Below, in pieces: positions 62,936 through 64,000 of a stretch of DNA of 64,000 bases. The notes below the pieces were generated by a model, which worked only from the letters and a program-made list of their open reading frames with translations, was not told the origin of the DNA and did not search any database. The position numbers and the translations under genes were made by a program. The first letter of the stretch is position 1. The number at the start of each line of letters is the position of its first letter. The DNA lies in NCBI GenBank assembly GCA_018713725.1, contig DVOJ01000012.1, positions 1,225 to 65,224 of the forward strand. The letters are read 5' to 3'. The stretch is from Candidatus Caccopulliclostridium gallistercoris. Lineage in GTDB: Bacteria; Bacillota; Clostridia; Christensenellales; UBA1242.

Positions 62936-64000
62936 ATGAATTGCTATCATTTTATTGGAGTGGGCGGCATAAGTATGAGCGCGCTCGCTTTGGAGCTAAA
63001 AAGAGCGGGCTTCTCTGTTCAAGGCTCCGACCTTAAACCCACTGAAATTACTAGAAAACTTGAAAGCGCGGGTATAAAAGTATTTTATGGTCATAAGGCT
63101 AGTAACGTTAATGAAAATTGCACGGTAATTGTTACAAACGCAATTTCCGAAGATAACCCAGAGCTTATTGAAGCCAAGCTTTTAAATTTGAAGATTTTAA
63201 CACGCGGCGAGCTACTTGGCGAAGTTTCAAAGCGCTTTAAAAACGTGATTGCAATTAGCGGCGCGCACGGTAAAACCACCACCACGGCAATGCTTGCGGA
63301 AATTTTTATAGCGGCAAATAAAAACCCCACCGTGCATATTGGCGGAGAATCTAAGTCCTTTAACTCTAACCTAAGGCTTGGCGAGAAAAAGTATTTTATC
63401 TGTGAAGCGTGCGAGTATAAAAATAGCTTTTTAAATTTAAAAGCAAACGTTGGCGTTATTTTAAATATAGAGCCGGAGCACTTGGATTTTTTTAAAAATT
63501 ATAAAAATGTTGTAAGAAGTTTTGAAAAATTTCAAAAAAATTGCAAAAAATGCGTAAAAATTGATAAAAAACACTTTATTGCATACACAAATAACTTTTA
63601 CGTGCAAGCAAAAAACGTCACGCATTTAAAAAAGGGAAAGTATGGCTACGACCTATTTGCTAAAAACGCATACCTTGGCAAAATTTACTTAAACGCCATA
63701 GGCAAGCACAACGTGTTAAATAGTTTAGCAGCAATTTGCGTGGCTCTTTTATATAAAATAGATTACAGCACAATTTGTCATGCGCTTTTTAGCTATAAAG
63801 GTGTAAAAAGGCGCTACGAAATAATTTCCGAGCACCCGAATTTAATTGTCTGCGACTACGCCCACCACCCCACAGAAATTAAAAAGATAATTTTATCCAC
63901 AAGAAAATTTTGCAAAAATAAAATTATAGTTGCCTTTCAGCCGCACACGTATTCGCGCACTAAAACGCTTTTTAAGGAATTTATATCCGCCCTAAACCTA
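62936..64000 (+). CDS. murC: UDP-N-acetylmuramate--L-alanine ligase, N-terminal 355 codons (continues beyond the window)
   Basis: Own translation: MNCYHFIGVGGISMSALALELKRAGFSVQGSD...AISGAHGKTTTTAML. The frame is open to position 64000. It is not in the ORF track because it is open-ended. Confidence 0.9.
   Translation, partial: MNCYHFIGVGGISMSALALELKRAGFSVQGSDLKPTEITRKLESAGIKVFYGHKASNVNENCTVIVTNAISEDNPELIEAKLLNLKILTRGELLGEVSKRFKNVIAISGAHGKTTTTAMLAEIFIAANKNPTVHIGGESKSFNSNLRLGEKKYFICEACEYKNSFLNLKANVGVILNIEPEHLDFFKNYKNVVRSFEKFQKNCKKCVKIDKKHFIAYTNNFYVQAKNVTHLKKGKYGYDLFAKNAYLGKIYLNAIGKHNVLNSLAAICVALLYKIDYSTICHALFSYKGVKRRYEIISEHPNLIVCDYAHHPTEIKKIILSTRKFCKNKIIVAFQPHTYSRTKTLFKEFISALNL

Overview
This 64-kb chromosomal window comes from a low-GC (roughly one-third GC), endospore-forming Firmicute. 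Gene content looks Clostridia-like (spoIIR, sleB, ypeB, spmAB, spoVG, veg, a SipL-like DUF3794/LysM protein). It holds about 50 protein genes on both strands, one tRNA-Ser(GGA), the standard genetic code, no rRNA and no CRISPR.

The backbone follows the conserved Firmicute order holB-ricT-trmN6-rsmI-(spmAB)-tatD-rsmA ... veg ... spoVG-murC, with a dcw-type PBP/FtsL-like pair at the left edge. Accessory material interrupts it.

Main observations:
1. One uninterrupted 18,063-nt ORF (41453-59515, 6020 aa) encodes a signal-peptide-bearing, C-terminally membrane-anchored giant repeat protein. It has about 28 Listeria-Bacteroides/InlB-B-type repeats, very regular ~190-aa units, and beta-helix-type caps at both ends.
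2. Three same-orientation copies of a 130-205-bp MITE/REP-like element with terminal inverted repeats each lie between a stop codon and its intrinsic terminator. One copy is bracketed by a duplicated terminator hairpin.
3. A 761-nt ORF-free interval (8063-8823) contains a TTGACA/TAAAAT promoter whose spacer holds the window's only long homopolymeric G run (G9). Downstream are a GC-rich, highly structured region and a terminator.
4. An operon encodes a YwaF/TMEM164-like membrane domain fused in frame to an ABC ATPase (with a retained internal SD+ATG), a large exporter-type permease, and a 1040-aa anchored beta-helix/Big_2 protein.
5. At least six genes have a -10 box exactly 6 nt upstream of the start codon and no SD (leaderless-type).
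6. A Rho-derived protein appears to have lost its P-loop.
7. nrnA can only start at ATA.
8. The lysyl-tRNA synthetase is class I.
9. An intact 1.3-kb IS3-family element carries an A7 -1 frameshift site.

All family assignments rest on motifs I recognise by eye. No database search, fold prediction or statistics could be run.
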